64,000 bases of DNA. Source: a bacterium. Its GTDB lineage: Bacteria > Spirochaetota > Spirochaetia > Treponematales > UBA12059. Where the stretch lies: positions 114,552 through 178,551 of the forward strand of contig DATKVB010000025.1 in NCBI GenBank assembly GCA_035530295.1, written 5' to 3'. This document shows positions 20,259-29,023 of this stretch, piece by piece (position 1 is the first letter of the stretch; every line of letters starts with the position of its first letter). The position numbers and the translations under genes were made by a program. The notes below the pieces were generated by a model. It ran no database searches and was not told where the DNA came from. It worked only from the letters and a program-made list of their open reading frames with translations.

Positions 20259-21326
20259 ATGCCCAAGGTAGGGACATACCACGCCAACTCGGTGATTTAC
20301 TTCCAGGGTGACCAGGGAGACAGGATCTTCGTACTCCAGCGTGGCAGAGTAAGCCTCAATTACAATGACATCGAGACAGGCAAGCTGATTCGCGAGATCA
20401 TCCAGACCGGCGAGTTTTTCGGCGTCAAGAGCGCTCTGGGCCGCTATCCGCGCGAGGAGAATGCCGTGGTGCTCGAGGATGCCAATGTGCTCGCGTTTAC
20501 GGTGCCCGAGTTCGAGGCGTTCTCGATGTCCAACACCAGGATCATCATCAAGATGCTCAAGGTGTTCTCCAATCAGCTCCGGCACATACACAAACAGGTC
20601 GAGAATCTCATGGAGAACCCCATGGCGGTCAACGCCGAGACGGGCCTCTTCAAGACCGGCGAATACTACCTCCGCAACAGAATGTATTCACAGGCGCGTT
20701 ACGTGCTGAGCCGCTATCTGACATACTATCCCGCGGGCAAGCTGGCTGAGCAGGCCGGGCGGTATCTGGAATCGGCCGAAGCGGCCCTGACCCGGTATGG
20801 CGACGGCAAGGGGCCCGCTCCTCTAGCCGGGGCCGCTCCTGTCGCAGGCGTCGCCTCGGCAGGAGTCGCGCCTTCAAGCCAGGCCGCCGATTCTTCCGCC
20901 CCCAAGTCCGTGGTGCGGCCAGCCGAAGGGGCCAGCCTCTCCGATACGGCCAAGGATTACTACAACGCCGTCAGCCTGTTTTCCCAGGAGAAATACCAGG
21001 ACGCCTTCAAGGAGCTCAAGCGCATCGCCGAGGACAGTGAAGACCGGGAGTATGTCGGCAAGGCCCAGTTTGATATGGGCCGGTGCCTGTTCGCGCTCGG
21101 ACAATGGGAACTAGCCATAAAGCACTTCACCGCCATCGTTCAGGGCGCGCCAAAGCATGCTGATATGTCTGACATCCTGTTCATCATGGGGCAGTCGTGG
21201 GAGAAGAAGGGCGACAAGGACAAGGCCAGGGCATTCTATTCCAAGGTGCTGTCAATGCCCGGTGACGACGACTCAAGCGCCCGCATCAAAGCCAAGAAGG
21301 CTCTCAGTGCCTTGGGAGGAGCCTGA
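20259..21326 (+). CDS. Cyclic-nucleotide-binding domain plus TPR protein
   Basis: N-terminal cNMP domain (IYFQGD, GEFFG..SAL..YPR), Ala/Pro linker, C-terminal TPR helices. Confidence 0.85.
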   Translation: MPKVGTYHANSVIYFQGDQGDRIFVLQRGRVSLNYNDIETGKLIREIIQTGEFFGVKSALGRYPREENAVVLEDANVLAFTVPEFEAFSMSNTRIIIKMLKVFSNQLRHIHKQVENLMENPMAVNAETGLFKTGEYYLRNRMYSQARYVLSRYLTYYPAGKLAEQAGRYLESAEAALTRYGDGKGPAPLAGAAPVAGVASAGVAPSSQAADSSAPKSVVRPAEGASLSDTAKDYYNAVSLFSQEKYQDAFKELKRIAEDSEDREYVGKAQFDMGRCLFALGQWELAIKHFTAIVQGAPKHADMSDILFIMGQSWEKKGDKDKARAFYSKVLSMPGDDDSSARIKAKKALSALGGA

Positions 21327-21328
21327 CC

Positions 21329-21973
21329 ATGGCGGACCTTGCCGGATTCAGCCGCTTTGCCCGAACCTACCAGGCCGGAGAGATCATATTCTCGGAATAT
21401 GAACCCGGAGACAGCTTCTATCTGATCCAGACGGGCAGGGTCAGAATCACCAAGATTGTCGGCGATATAGAGAAAAACATAGACATCCTGTCAGCGCCGG
21501 AGATATTCGGCGAGATGGCCATACTCGAGGGTGCTCCTCGATCGGCGACCGCGATAGCCGAAGAAACAGTCAAGGTGCTGGAGTTCAATCGCGCCAACTT
21601 CGAGATCCTGATGATGGGCAACCCCCAGATAGCGCTCCGGCTGCTCAAGGTCTTTACCAAGCGCATATATGACCAGAAACGCAGGTTCATGATCATGACC
21701 CTGGAGGATCCCCAGGCCAAGATAGCCGATGTATTCCTGATGCTCGACGAGACGCAGGGCTCGATAAACCAGGGCGAACCACTGGGTGACAAGCGCGAAT
21801 TCAAGGTAACCATCGATGATGTTGCGCACTGGGCAGGCATGAATCCCTCGGATACCCAGGCTATCCTGGGGCATTTCTCCAACCAGCGCCGGGTGGAAAT
21901 GTATGCGGACCGCATCGTTGTCAAGAACATCAACGACTTCATCCGCTTCGTCAACTCAAAACGGAAGAAGTAG
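21329..21973 (+). CDS. Crp/Fnr-family transcriptional regulator
   Basis: EIFGEMAILEGAPRSATAIA cNMP motif and C-terminal HTH-like region. Confidence 0.88.
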   Translation: MADLAGFSRFARTYQAGEIIFSEYEPGDSFYLIQTGRVRITKIVGDIEKNIDILSAPEIFGEMAILEGAPRSATAIAEETVKVLEFNRANFEILMMGNPQIALRLLKVFTKRIYDQKRRFMIMTLEDPQAKIADVFLMLDETQGSINQGEPLGDKREFKVTIDDVAHWAGMNPSDTQAILGHFSNQRRVEMYADRIVVKNINDFIRFVNSKRKK

Positions 21974-22025
21974 ACCCCGGCCCTTGCCCTGCCATCACCT
22001 TTTCAGGTATAGTCTCGCCCGAATC

Positions 22026-22098
22026 GCCGAGATAGCTCACTTGGCAGAGCGGCGCACTCGTAATGCGCAGGTACCGGGTTCGATTCCCGGTCTCGGCT
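22026..22098 (+). tRNA. tRNA-Thr(CGT)
   Basis: Acceptor stem GCCGAGA/TCTCGGC, anticodon arm GCGCA-CTCGTAA-TGCGC, T-arm GGTTCGATTCC; CCA not encoded; TTGCCC-N18-TATAGT promoter upstream. Confidence 0.95.
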
Positions 22099-22138
22099 AA
22101 AAAAGGCCGCACGCCCCTCGGGGCGCGCGGCCTTTTTT
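22099..22138. terminator. Bidirectional intrinsic terminator
   Basis: AAAAAAGGCCGCACGCCCC-TC-GGGGCGCGCGGCCTTTTTT. Confidence 0.8.
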
Positions 22139-22142
22139 AATA

Positions 22143-22283
22143 AGCCGAGACCGGGAATCGAACCGAGGAAGCGTCCCGAGCAGAGCGAAGGGCGCGGCGC
22201 AGGGACGCGCCGCGAGCGACCGAGGCGGCCTGAAGCGAAGTTGGCAGGAGCCAACGAGCGCAAGGCGATTCCCGGTCTCGGCT
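22143..22283. repeat. 141-bp element bounded by inverted and direct copies of the tRNA-Thr 3' end
   Basis: 22143-22164 is the reverse complement of tRNA 22077-22098; 22266-22283 repeats 22081-22098 and is followed by AAAAAGGCCG like the original. Confidence 0.85.
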
Positions 22284-22297
22284 AAAAAGGCCGGGCA

Positions 22298-22412
22298 TAG
22301 TTCATCGAAGCTTGCATCTCGGCATCTAAAGGCACTGGCCGTTGTATGGCTAGCCTTGGGCAACCGCTCCAGGAGGTGTCGAAAATTGAAAGATGCAGGC
22401 TTCGACGAACTA
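22298..22412. mobile_element. 115-bp MITE-like element, copy 1
   Basis: Terminal inverted repeats TAGTTCATCGAAGCTTGCATCT / AGATGCAGGCTTCGACGAACTA (2 mismatches in 22 bp); related ends at 63681-63795. Confidence 0.6.
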
Positions 22413-22477
22413 ACTTTCGATTATGGAAGTATTCGGGCTGATGCGATACATTGTACAAGGTGCATTGGAGTTTCTAT

Positions 22478-23915
22478 ATGAAGACAGCGAAGAAAGATGT
22501 CCACGGTTTGCTTAAGTCATTCTACACATTGCTCTTCATATCGCTCGGGGCGTCGGTGTTCCTGTCGTATTTCATATTCTTCATACCACTCAATGCCTCA
22601 TTCGTCAGGGAGCAGGAGAATTATTTCAGGAGCGAGGTCAGGATAAAGGCCAGCTCAGATGATCAAATGATCCTGGACCTGATCGCTGGGCAGCAGGACC
22701 GCAATCAAACAAAAGCTTGTGGACTACCATCGAGGCGCCGCGGATTTGAAGGAACTGAAGGACTTCACCGGGCCCAAATACGCTGATGGCGCTGCGGCAT
22801 TGCGTGGCCTGGTCGGGGCAAGCCGTTACGTGCCAGATGGAACCATGATAGCCTCGTGGGGAGACGGTTCGATCTACGCAAGGCACGCGCAGACCGTGGC
22901 AGGCTTCTATCTGGTCAAAGAGAACGACAAGCTGTTCGCCTTGGTTGTATCCCCCATACAGGAAGAAGGAACGTATGCAGGGTACGATGTGTGCATATTC
23001 GAAGCGAATGTGCTCGTAGAAAACAAATCCGAAATAGTCACAGCCTATACCATAGAGGATGCCGGGGCGATCGATGTCCACGGTGACAAACACGAGTACT
23101 CAATCCCCCTCTATCAGGGCAGACTCCTTTTGACCGCGACACCGGATGCAGGAATATTCAAGGATGCCACATTGCAGGCATTCTATTTCGTCAGCCTGTA
23201 CTCATGCGCGCTCTTCATTTTTATATCAATCTTCTCATATTTCACATTCTACCGGTTTGTAAAAAAGATAATCGATGACCACGTAACGCTGATCGCCAGG
23301 GCCGATGGCCTTCTGGCCGAAAAGGAACTCATACTCAAGGAAGTCCATCACCGAATAAAGAACAACATGAATACCATCAGCAGCCTCTTGTCGCTGCAAT
23401 CCGCCATGATAGCGGAGCCGGCGGCCATAAGCGCCCTGTCAGATGCCGGCAACAGGATCCGCAGCATGTCCCTCTTGTATGACAAGCTGTACCGCTCGGT
23501 TGATTACTCCGAGCTATCCGTCAAGGATTACCTGACAACCCTGGTTGATGAGGTTGTGGTCAATTTTCCCAATAGCCAGCATGTGAGGGTAGAGAAGCGC
23601 CTTGAAGACTTCATGCTCGATGCCAAACGTATGCAGCCGCTTGGCATCATCATAAACGAACTGATAACCAACGCCATGAAGTATGCGTTCAGGGGCAGAG
23701 AGCATGGGGTGCTCACCGTTTCAGCGGCGATGACCGGCGCCCTGATCCAGATATCCATCCAGGATGATGGCACTGGCATCCCCGATTCCATCACGCTTGA
23801 AGGACACGATGGCTTTGGCCTGCAGCTTGTCAACGCGCTGGCCCGGCAGCTGGATGGCACCATACGCATAGAACGGGACAACGGCACCAGGATAGTACTG
23901 GAATTCTCAAAGTAG
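22478..23915 (+). pseudogene. Frameshifted membrane sensor histidine kinase (HisKA_2-type)
   Basis: N-terminal TM ORF (22478-22786) overlaps an out-of-frame ORF carrying a second TM, EVHHRIKNN, NELITNAMKYAF, DDGTGIP and GFGL; frame change near 22690. Confidence 0.7.
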
Positions 23916-24287
23916 GTACGGACGTGGCCATCGCATCGTGTCAGCCTCGAACAGCTGTCGGAGGCAACGGACAACGCCGATGCCATCGGCCGCATGACCG
24001 TCTTTGCCCGCGCCTGCGCCTCTCTACGCAGACCCTCGGCTACTAACCGTAGAACCTGGCCATCCTCGTCCCCGGCTTTGGCCAACCTGGTCGGCGTATT
24101 TCAGTCGCAAACGCATCGCGGCAAGAGCCAGGGGGCGCTATGTTCTGTGGAGCGGCAGCCTGTGCCAGATGCGCCCCCTGCCGCGGGCTTCCGCTCCGCG
24201 GGTACGCGGCGCGGCGATCCCGCGGCTCCCCGAAACCCTGGTCATGTCCGCATTGCATTGGAAGCATGCCGGGTTTACTATCAAGCC

Positions 24288-24671
24288 ATGGACACCGCGT
24301 TTTCCGTAGACCCCCAGGACGCCCGCCGCTTCTTCGAGCGCAAGGCGCAAGCCCGGGCGGCCGCTCTCGACCAGCGCTTCGAGCGGGCCTGGGCAGAGGC
24401 GAACGGCATCATGGCGATGCTGCAGAGCGACTATGGCTACCTGCGCATCTGGCAGTGGGGCTCGCTGCTTGATCGTACCAGGTTTTCTGAAATTTCTGAT
24501 ATCGACATTGCCGTGGAAGGCGTCCCGGACACCGCGACGTTCTTCGAGCTCTACGGCAAGGCGATGGCGCTGACGACCCTGCCGCTTGATCTGGTCGAAC
24601 TGGAACGCATAGAACCAGTCCATGCAACTTCGATCCGCGAGCGTGGGAGGCTGGTATATGATGGAAGTTGA
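24288..24671 (+). CDS. Minimal nucleotidyltransferase (MNT) antitoxin
   Basis: WGSLL...SDIDIAVEG (GS-x10-DxD), LDLVEL, IRERG; overlaps the HEPN gene. Confidence 0.85.
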   Translation: MDTAFSVDPQDARRFFERKAQARAAALDQRFERAWAEANGIMAMLQSDYGYLRIWQWGSLLDRTRFSEISDIDIAVEGVPDTATFFELYGKAMALTTLPLDLVELERIEPVHATSIRERGRLVYDGS

Positions 24672-25137
24672 ACTGCTGTTGGCCGAGATTGCCAAGAATA
24701 TCGAAGTTGCGGATCGCATCCGTGACTTTATCGATGCCACCGAGCGCCACGACATAGCCATTCTGGGCAGGACGCCCGCGACGGCCCTCATGATGGCGTC
24801 CATGATCGAGAACTATTATACCTGCCTTGAGACCATGTTCCTGCGCGTTTCGCAGAACTTTGAGAACCATCTGGATGACAAGCGATGGCATCAGACCCTG
24901 CTCGATCGTATGACGCTCCAGGTACCCACGATCCGTGAACGGGTGCTCTCGGACCAGACGAGGAGCGATCTGGGCGAACTGCTCAAATTCAGGCATTTCA
25001 AACGGTATTACTTCGAGTTTGAATACGATTGGGACCGCATCGATTTCCTGCTCAAGAAGCTCAAGGATGTCCACCCGCACGTCAAAGAAGACATGCGGCA
25101 CTTCATGGACTTCCTGCGGGCAGCCGGGGAGAAATGA
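24658..25137 (+). CDS. HEPN-domain (HepT-like) toxin
   Basis: NYYTCLETMFLRV, WHQTLLDRM, ELLKFRHFKRYY; coupled to MNT. Confidence 0.8.
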   Translation: MMEVELLLAEIAKNIEVADRIRDFIDATERHDIAILGRTPATALMMASMIENYYTCLETMFLRVSQNFENHLDDKRWHQTLLDRMTLQVPTIRERVLSDQTRSDLGELLKFRHFKRYYFEFEYDWDRIDFLLKKLKDVHPHVKEDMRHFMDFLRAAGEK

Positions 25138-25230
25138 ATGGAAGTGGCACATTTGCTGGTCTTCTGCAGTGCTTGGTCGAATGCTCGGACACCGGCACCG
25201 CCGCTGGTGGATTGAGGCGGCCACCAGCAA

Positions 25231-25803
25231 TCAGTCTGATTTGCGGGCATGGTATGACACACTCCGTTCCGCTACAAAAAGCCCGGCATCAATGTTCATA
25301 CCGACTTCAGACATTGCCTGCCCATCCATGTCTGTTTTCTTGTTCATGGCCTTGCTGTCATAGAGTTCCAGAAATGGTTCGCCGCCTGCAATCCACTGAG
25401 TAAGCAATTCAATAATGGCAGGCCGTCTCTCCAGGAAGGTGGCGCTCCGGGTTACACATTCCCAGACGACACAGACGCGCCATCCAGCCGCGATCAAGGC
25501 GATGATATCCCTTGCGTCGCGTTCCCTGTTGTGTCCGATCTTGTTTGCCCAGAACTCGGCATTGCTGCCAGGCATCCTGAAGAAACGGCAGTCATGGCCG
25601 TGCCAGAAGCAGCCATGGACAAAGATGACCGCCCGGTACTTCGTCAACTTGATGTCGGGCTTGCCGGGCAGATCGCCGCAGTTCTTGCGATAGCGGAAAC
25701 CCGCAGAGAACAATGCGTTTCGGATCATCCTCTCGGGCTTGGTGTCTGTTCCGCGGATTCCCGCCATCATGCGGCTGCGCGTTGAACGGGAAACGGTATC
25801 CAT
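25231..25803 (-). CDS. vsr: Very short patch repair endonuclease
   Basis: RSRMMAGIRGTDTKPE, LPGKPDI, FVHGCFWHGH, GWRVCVVWEC. Confidence 0.95.
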   Translation of the reverse strand: MDTVSRSTRSRMMAGIRGTDTKPERMIRNALFSAGFRYRKNCGDLPGKPDIKLTKYRAVIFVHGCFWHGHDCRFFRMPGSNAEFWANKIGHNRERDARDIIALIAAGWRVCVVWECVTRSATFLERRPAIIELLTQWIAGGEPFLELYDSKAMNKKTDMDGQAMSEVGMNIDAGLFVAERSVSYHARKSD

Positions 25804-25831
25804 GGCCACGAGTATGGCTCATCAGCGACCG

Positions 25832-27058
25832 TTAGTCGATCATGATCAGCGGCTTGATGAAGCGCGCCACGGCGGCGAAGACAGGTACGGCGACCGAATT
25901 CCCGAACTGCTTGTATGCCCGGGTATCAGAAACTGGAATAATGAAACTATCAGGGAATCCCATGAGCCGTGCGCATTCGCGCGGCGTAAGCCTTCTTGGG
26001 TTCCGCCCCGCCTGCGCTATGAGAATTTCCGATCCATCCTTGTAGTATCGTGCGGAGAGGGTACGGGCAACCGAAGTCTCGGTGCAAAGACCATACCCAA
26101 AGCCATTGCCGAGCGAACGATGCTTGTCAGCATAGGATTGCAGGTATGCCCACAGCTTGTCGCTCAGGGTGTATTTGTCCTGAACCTTTCTCGTGCCGTG
26201 ATCGAAATAGCTGGACCCATCATGATCAAGAAAAGGCTCTGTGCCATCTGTCCTGTGAAGAATATCTCCAAGAACGGTCTTCTGCTTGTCTGGAAATGCG
26301 AACGAGTCCAGGTCGAACAGGACTGGCTCCCTGAAGCCGACGATAACGATTCGCTCTCTGTGTTGCGGCAGCCATTGCTGCGCATCCAGGATTCTGTATT
26401 GTACTGAATAGCCAAGGTCGTCCCTGAGTGTACTCAATATTACCTTGAACGTATTGCCGTGATCGTGAGAGTGGAGATTCTTCACGTTCTCCAGCAGAAA
26501 TGCCTTCGGTCTTTTCTCCGCGATGATGCGTGCGACATCAAAGAACAGCGTACCTTGCGTCTTGTCAGCAAATCCGTGCGCCCTTCCGAGGGAGTTCTTC
26601 TTGGAGACCCCAGCGATCGAAAAAGGCTGGCAAGGAAAGCCTGCGACCAGAACATCATGGTCAGGTATGGCATCGGCCGATATTTTCGTTATGTCTCCAT
26701 GAATGGGAGACTCATCGGGAAAATTGACGCCGTAGGTCTTCTGCGCATAATCATCCCACTCCGACGTGAAGACGCAGTGGCCTCCGACTGATTCGAAGGC
26801 AGTCCGCAGCCCTCCAATGCCGGCGAACAGATCTATGAAGGTAAAATCATGTCTTCCTTCGTTCTCGTGCTGTATGGCTTCCCTGATGATTGAGTGAAGA
26901 GCCTCTATGACATAGAACTTCGGTACGGTCTCCCCGTTGCGCCAGCGCCGCACCGTAGTGACATTCACGTGCAGTAATTTGGCTATATCGGACAAGGATT
27001 TGAATCGAAGTGCCTGTTCGAGGAGCGTATTGACGCTGGTGTCTTCTATATCTGCCAT
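25832..27058 (-). CDS. dcm: C5 DNA cytosine methyltransferase, Dcm/EcoRII-like, with N-terminal HTH
   Basis: IDLFAGIGG, GFPCQPFS, LENVKNL, PQHRER, LSARYYKDGSEILI, QFGNSV; N-terminal IAKLLHVNVTTVRRWRNG HTH. Confidence 0.93.
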   Translation of the reverse strand: MADIEDTSVNTLLEQALRFKSLSDIAKLLHVNVTTVRRWRNGETVPKFYVIEALHSIIREAIQHENEGRHDFTFIDLFAGIGGLRTAFESVGGHCVFTSEWDDYAQKTYGVNFPDESPIHGDITKISADAIPDHDVLVAGFPCQPFSIAGVSKKNSLGRAHGFADKTQGTLFFDVARIIAEKRPKAFLLENVKNLHSHDHGNTFKVILSTLRDDLGYSVQYRILDAQQWLPQHRERIVIVGFREPVLFDLDSFAFPDKQKTVLGDILHRTDGTEPFLDHDGSSYFDHGTRKVQDKYTLSDKLWAYLQSYADKHRSLGNGFGYGLCTETSVARTLSARYYKDGSEILIAQAGRNPRRLTPRECARLMGFPDSFIIPVSDTRAYKQFGNSVAVPVFAAVARFIKPLIMID

Positions 27059-27153
27059 ATTCACCACCTCGGGGAGAGATCCAGTACAGTATGCATTATT
27101 ATTTCCCCATAGGCAATACTGAATCGGTGCCAGTTTCTTTCCGATAATCGGGT

Positions 27154-28464
27154 ATGGCAATGACAGACTACAGAGAATTGGCCCGACACTTGAACTCGCT
27201 AGGGGTTACCCGCGCATACATGAAGGCGCTGAGCAACAATGACAATAGCAAGAATCAGATCTATTTGGGACCAAGTTTTGAGGCATTACAGCTGTTGCCC
27301 TTCGGCGAGATCCTTCAAGGAAGCGCCGGAGCCAATCCAAATCTAAAAGCATCCGTAAATTTCTTCTGGCTTTCCGAATCCGGTCGATTGGAAAGGGCCA
27401 TATATGCACAGCTCATCCTGTACCCGCAGTATCCGGAAGTCAGGCTTTCCGGCTTTTTGAAGGGCTGTGTTGCAGCACCTTCTGAATATTTGCGGCCCAT
27501 TGCAAGAGAGCAACGGACAGATAAGGACGGCAGATTTCTGATTCTCGGCGTAACCCCAGACGATCGCATCATCGGGTATCTGGCAGCACCGGGCAGGCAG
27601 GTCGCCAGGTCGATAGAAGCTGAATTTGAACAACTTTGCGGCAAGAAGCTATTCGTCGACTTCCCGCTTGGCAATCAGTCGGCTTTCTCAAGAAAGCTCA
27701 TGCTTATCGCGAAGCTCACGCAAATCGTCCATGCTGGCTGGCATCCATCTCAGAGACTCGACGCCGAAGGGCGTATGCTGAATTATGAAGCGCCGAACGC
27801 TGGAGGATACACTCTTGAATCATTATTTGGGATCATCCCGAACGGCATTTCAGAGCCCGATTACCTAGGATGGGAGCTCAAGGCCTTTGGGGGAAATCGC
27901 ATAACGCTAATGACTCCGGAACCAGACGCAGGATATTATGGAGAAAATGGCGCCGCAGCCTTTGTCCGGAAATATGGGCATGATGCGGGAAATGATACGA
28001 TATATTTTACTGGTATACACAGAGCGAATAGTCGAAATGATCTGACCGGGCTCACGCTCTCGACAATAGATTATGATGTAGTTCACGACAAGTTTACGGG
28101 CATCAATGGCGGATTGGCATTGTTCACCGATTCCGGAGAACCGGTGGCAATCTGGACTTTCAAACGACTCATCGCACACTGGGCAAGAAAACATGCATTG
28201 GCTGCATATGTAAAATACGAGAAGAGCGAAATCCAAAGCAGGCTGAATATTCGCTATCTCGCTCCAGCTCACTTGGGGGAAGGAACTGATTTTTCAAAAT
28301 TCATGGCTGCTTTCATTCAGGGAACGATCTACTATGATCCCGCACCAAAACTGTCCAAGGCAAGTACGCCGCATTCCCGCGTCAAGGCCCGCAGTCAATT
28401 CAGAATCAATAGCACGAGCCTCGGCGTTCTATATCACTCTTTCACAGACGAGCAGCTTCAATAG
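27154..28464 (+). CDS. MvaI/BcnI-family restriction endonuclease
   Basis: NDNSKNQIYLG, PEVRLSGFL, GYTLESLFGI.PN...PDYLGWELK, ITLMTPEP, RSQFR; divergent from the MTase; visibly AT-richer than flanks. Confidence 0.85.
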   Translation: MAMTDYRELARHLNSLGVTRAYMKALSNNDNSKNQIYLGPSFEALQLLPFGEILQGSAGANPNLKASVNFFWLSESGRLERAIYAQLILYPQYPEVRLSGFLKGCVAAPSEYLRPIAREQRTDKDGRFLILGVTPDDRIIGYLAAPGRQVARSIEAEFEQLCGKKLFVDFPLGNQSAFSRKLMLIAKLTQIVHAGWHPSQRLDAEGRMLNYEAPNAGGYTLESLFGIIPNGISEPDYLGWELKAFGGNRITLMTPEPDAGYYGENGAAAFVRKYGHDAGNDTIYFTGIHRANSRNDLTGLTLSTIDYDVVHDKFTGINGGLALFTDSGEPVAIWTFKRLIAHWARKHALAAYVKYEKSEIQSRLNIRYLAPAHLGEGTDFSKFMAAFIQGTIYYDPAPKLSKASTPHSRVKARSQFRINSTSLGVLYHSFTDEQLQ

Positions 28465-28525
28465 CGGAGGGCTCGAGTCGCCAGAACGCCATTATTGTCA
28501 CAGATTCTTGGATGGTATTAGATCG

Positions 28526-28918
28526 TCAGCCTGTCGATGATTCAGTCTTCCCTCTCCCACCAACCACCCGCCTGACGCCGCCGCGCGGATTGGGTACGTC
28601 GCCCGCGTACCGTGGAATGACATGCACGTGCAGGTGGAACACGGTCTGGCCGGCGGCCGCGCCGATGTTCATGCCGATGTTGTAGCCGTCTGGCGAGCGG
28701 GTCCTCTCGATGGCCTCCCTGGCGGCGTCGATAGCGGCCAGCAGCTCGGCCCGCTCCGCTGCCGTCGCGTCGAACCAGGATGGAACATGGCGCTTGGGTA
28801 TCAAAAGCGCGTGACCTGGCGATGCCGGGTGCGAGTCCCAGATGCCAAATACCAGGGTGCCATCGTAGAAGCGCTGTTCCTCTGGAATATGACAGAAGGG
28901 GCAGTTCGGTGTGCTCAT
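28526..28918 (-). CDS. HIT-family protein
   Basis: CPFC, PASPGHALLIPKRH, GYNIG.N.G..AGQTVFHLHVHVIPRY.GD..NPRGGVR. Confidence 0.9.
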   Translation of the reverse strand: MSTPNCPFCHIPEEQRFYDGTLVFGIWDSHPASPGHALLIPKRHVPSWFDATAAERAELLAAIDAAREAIERTRSPDGYNIGMNIGAAAGQTVFHLHVHVIPRYAGDVPNPRGGVRRVVGGRGKTESSTG

Positions 28919-29023
28919 GTCGTTCTCCCGGACCAGCGTACACCCGGCCTCGCTCCCCGTCCATGAATTCGGTGGCTTCATGGATCAGTCTTTATGCCTA
29001 TACGGGATGTTTCTGGTTCTAGC

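Noticed and set aside
22298..22414. Integron attC site
   Set aside because: The AACTAAC/GTTAGTT end does not fit RYYYAAC...GTTRRRY in the required arrangement, and there is no integron integrase or cassette array.
23916..24250. Gene relic between the kinase and MNT (SLEQLSEATDNADAIGRMTVFAR...)
   Set aside because: It looks coding-like but is broken, and I cannot assign a family; the track ORF 23994-24671 merely extends MNT upstream of its promoter.
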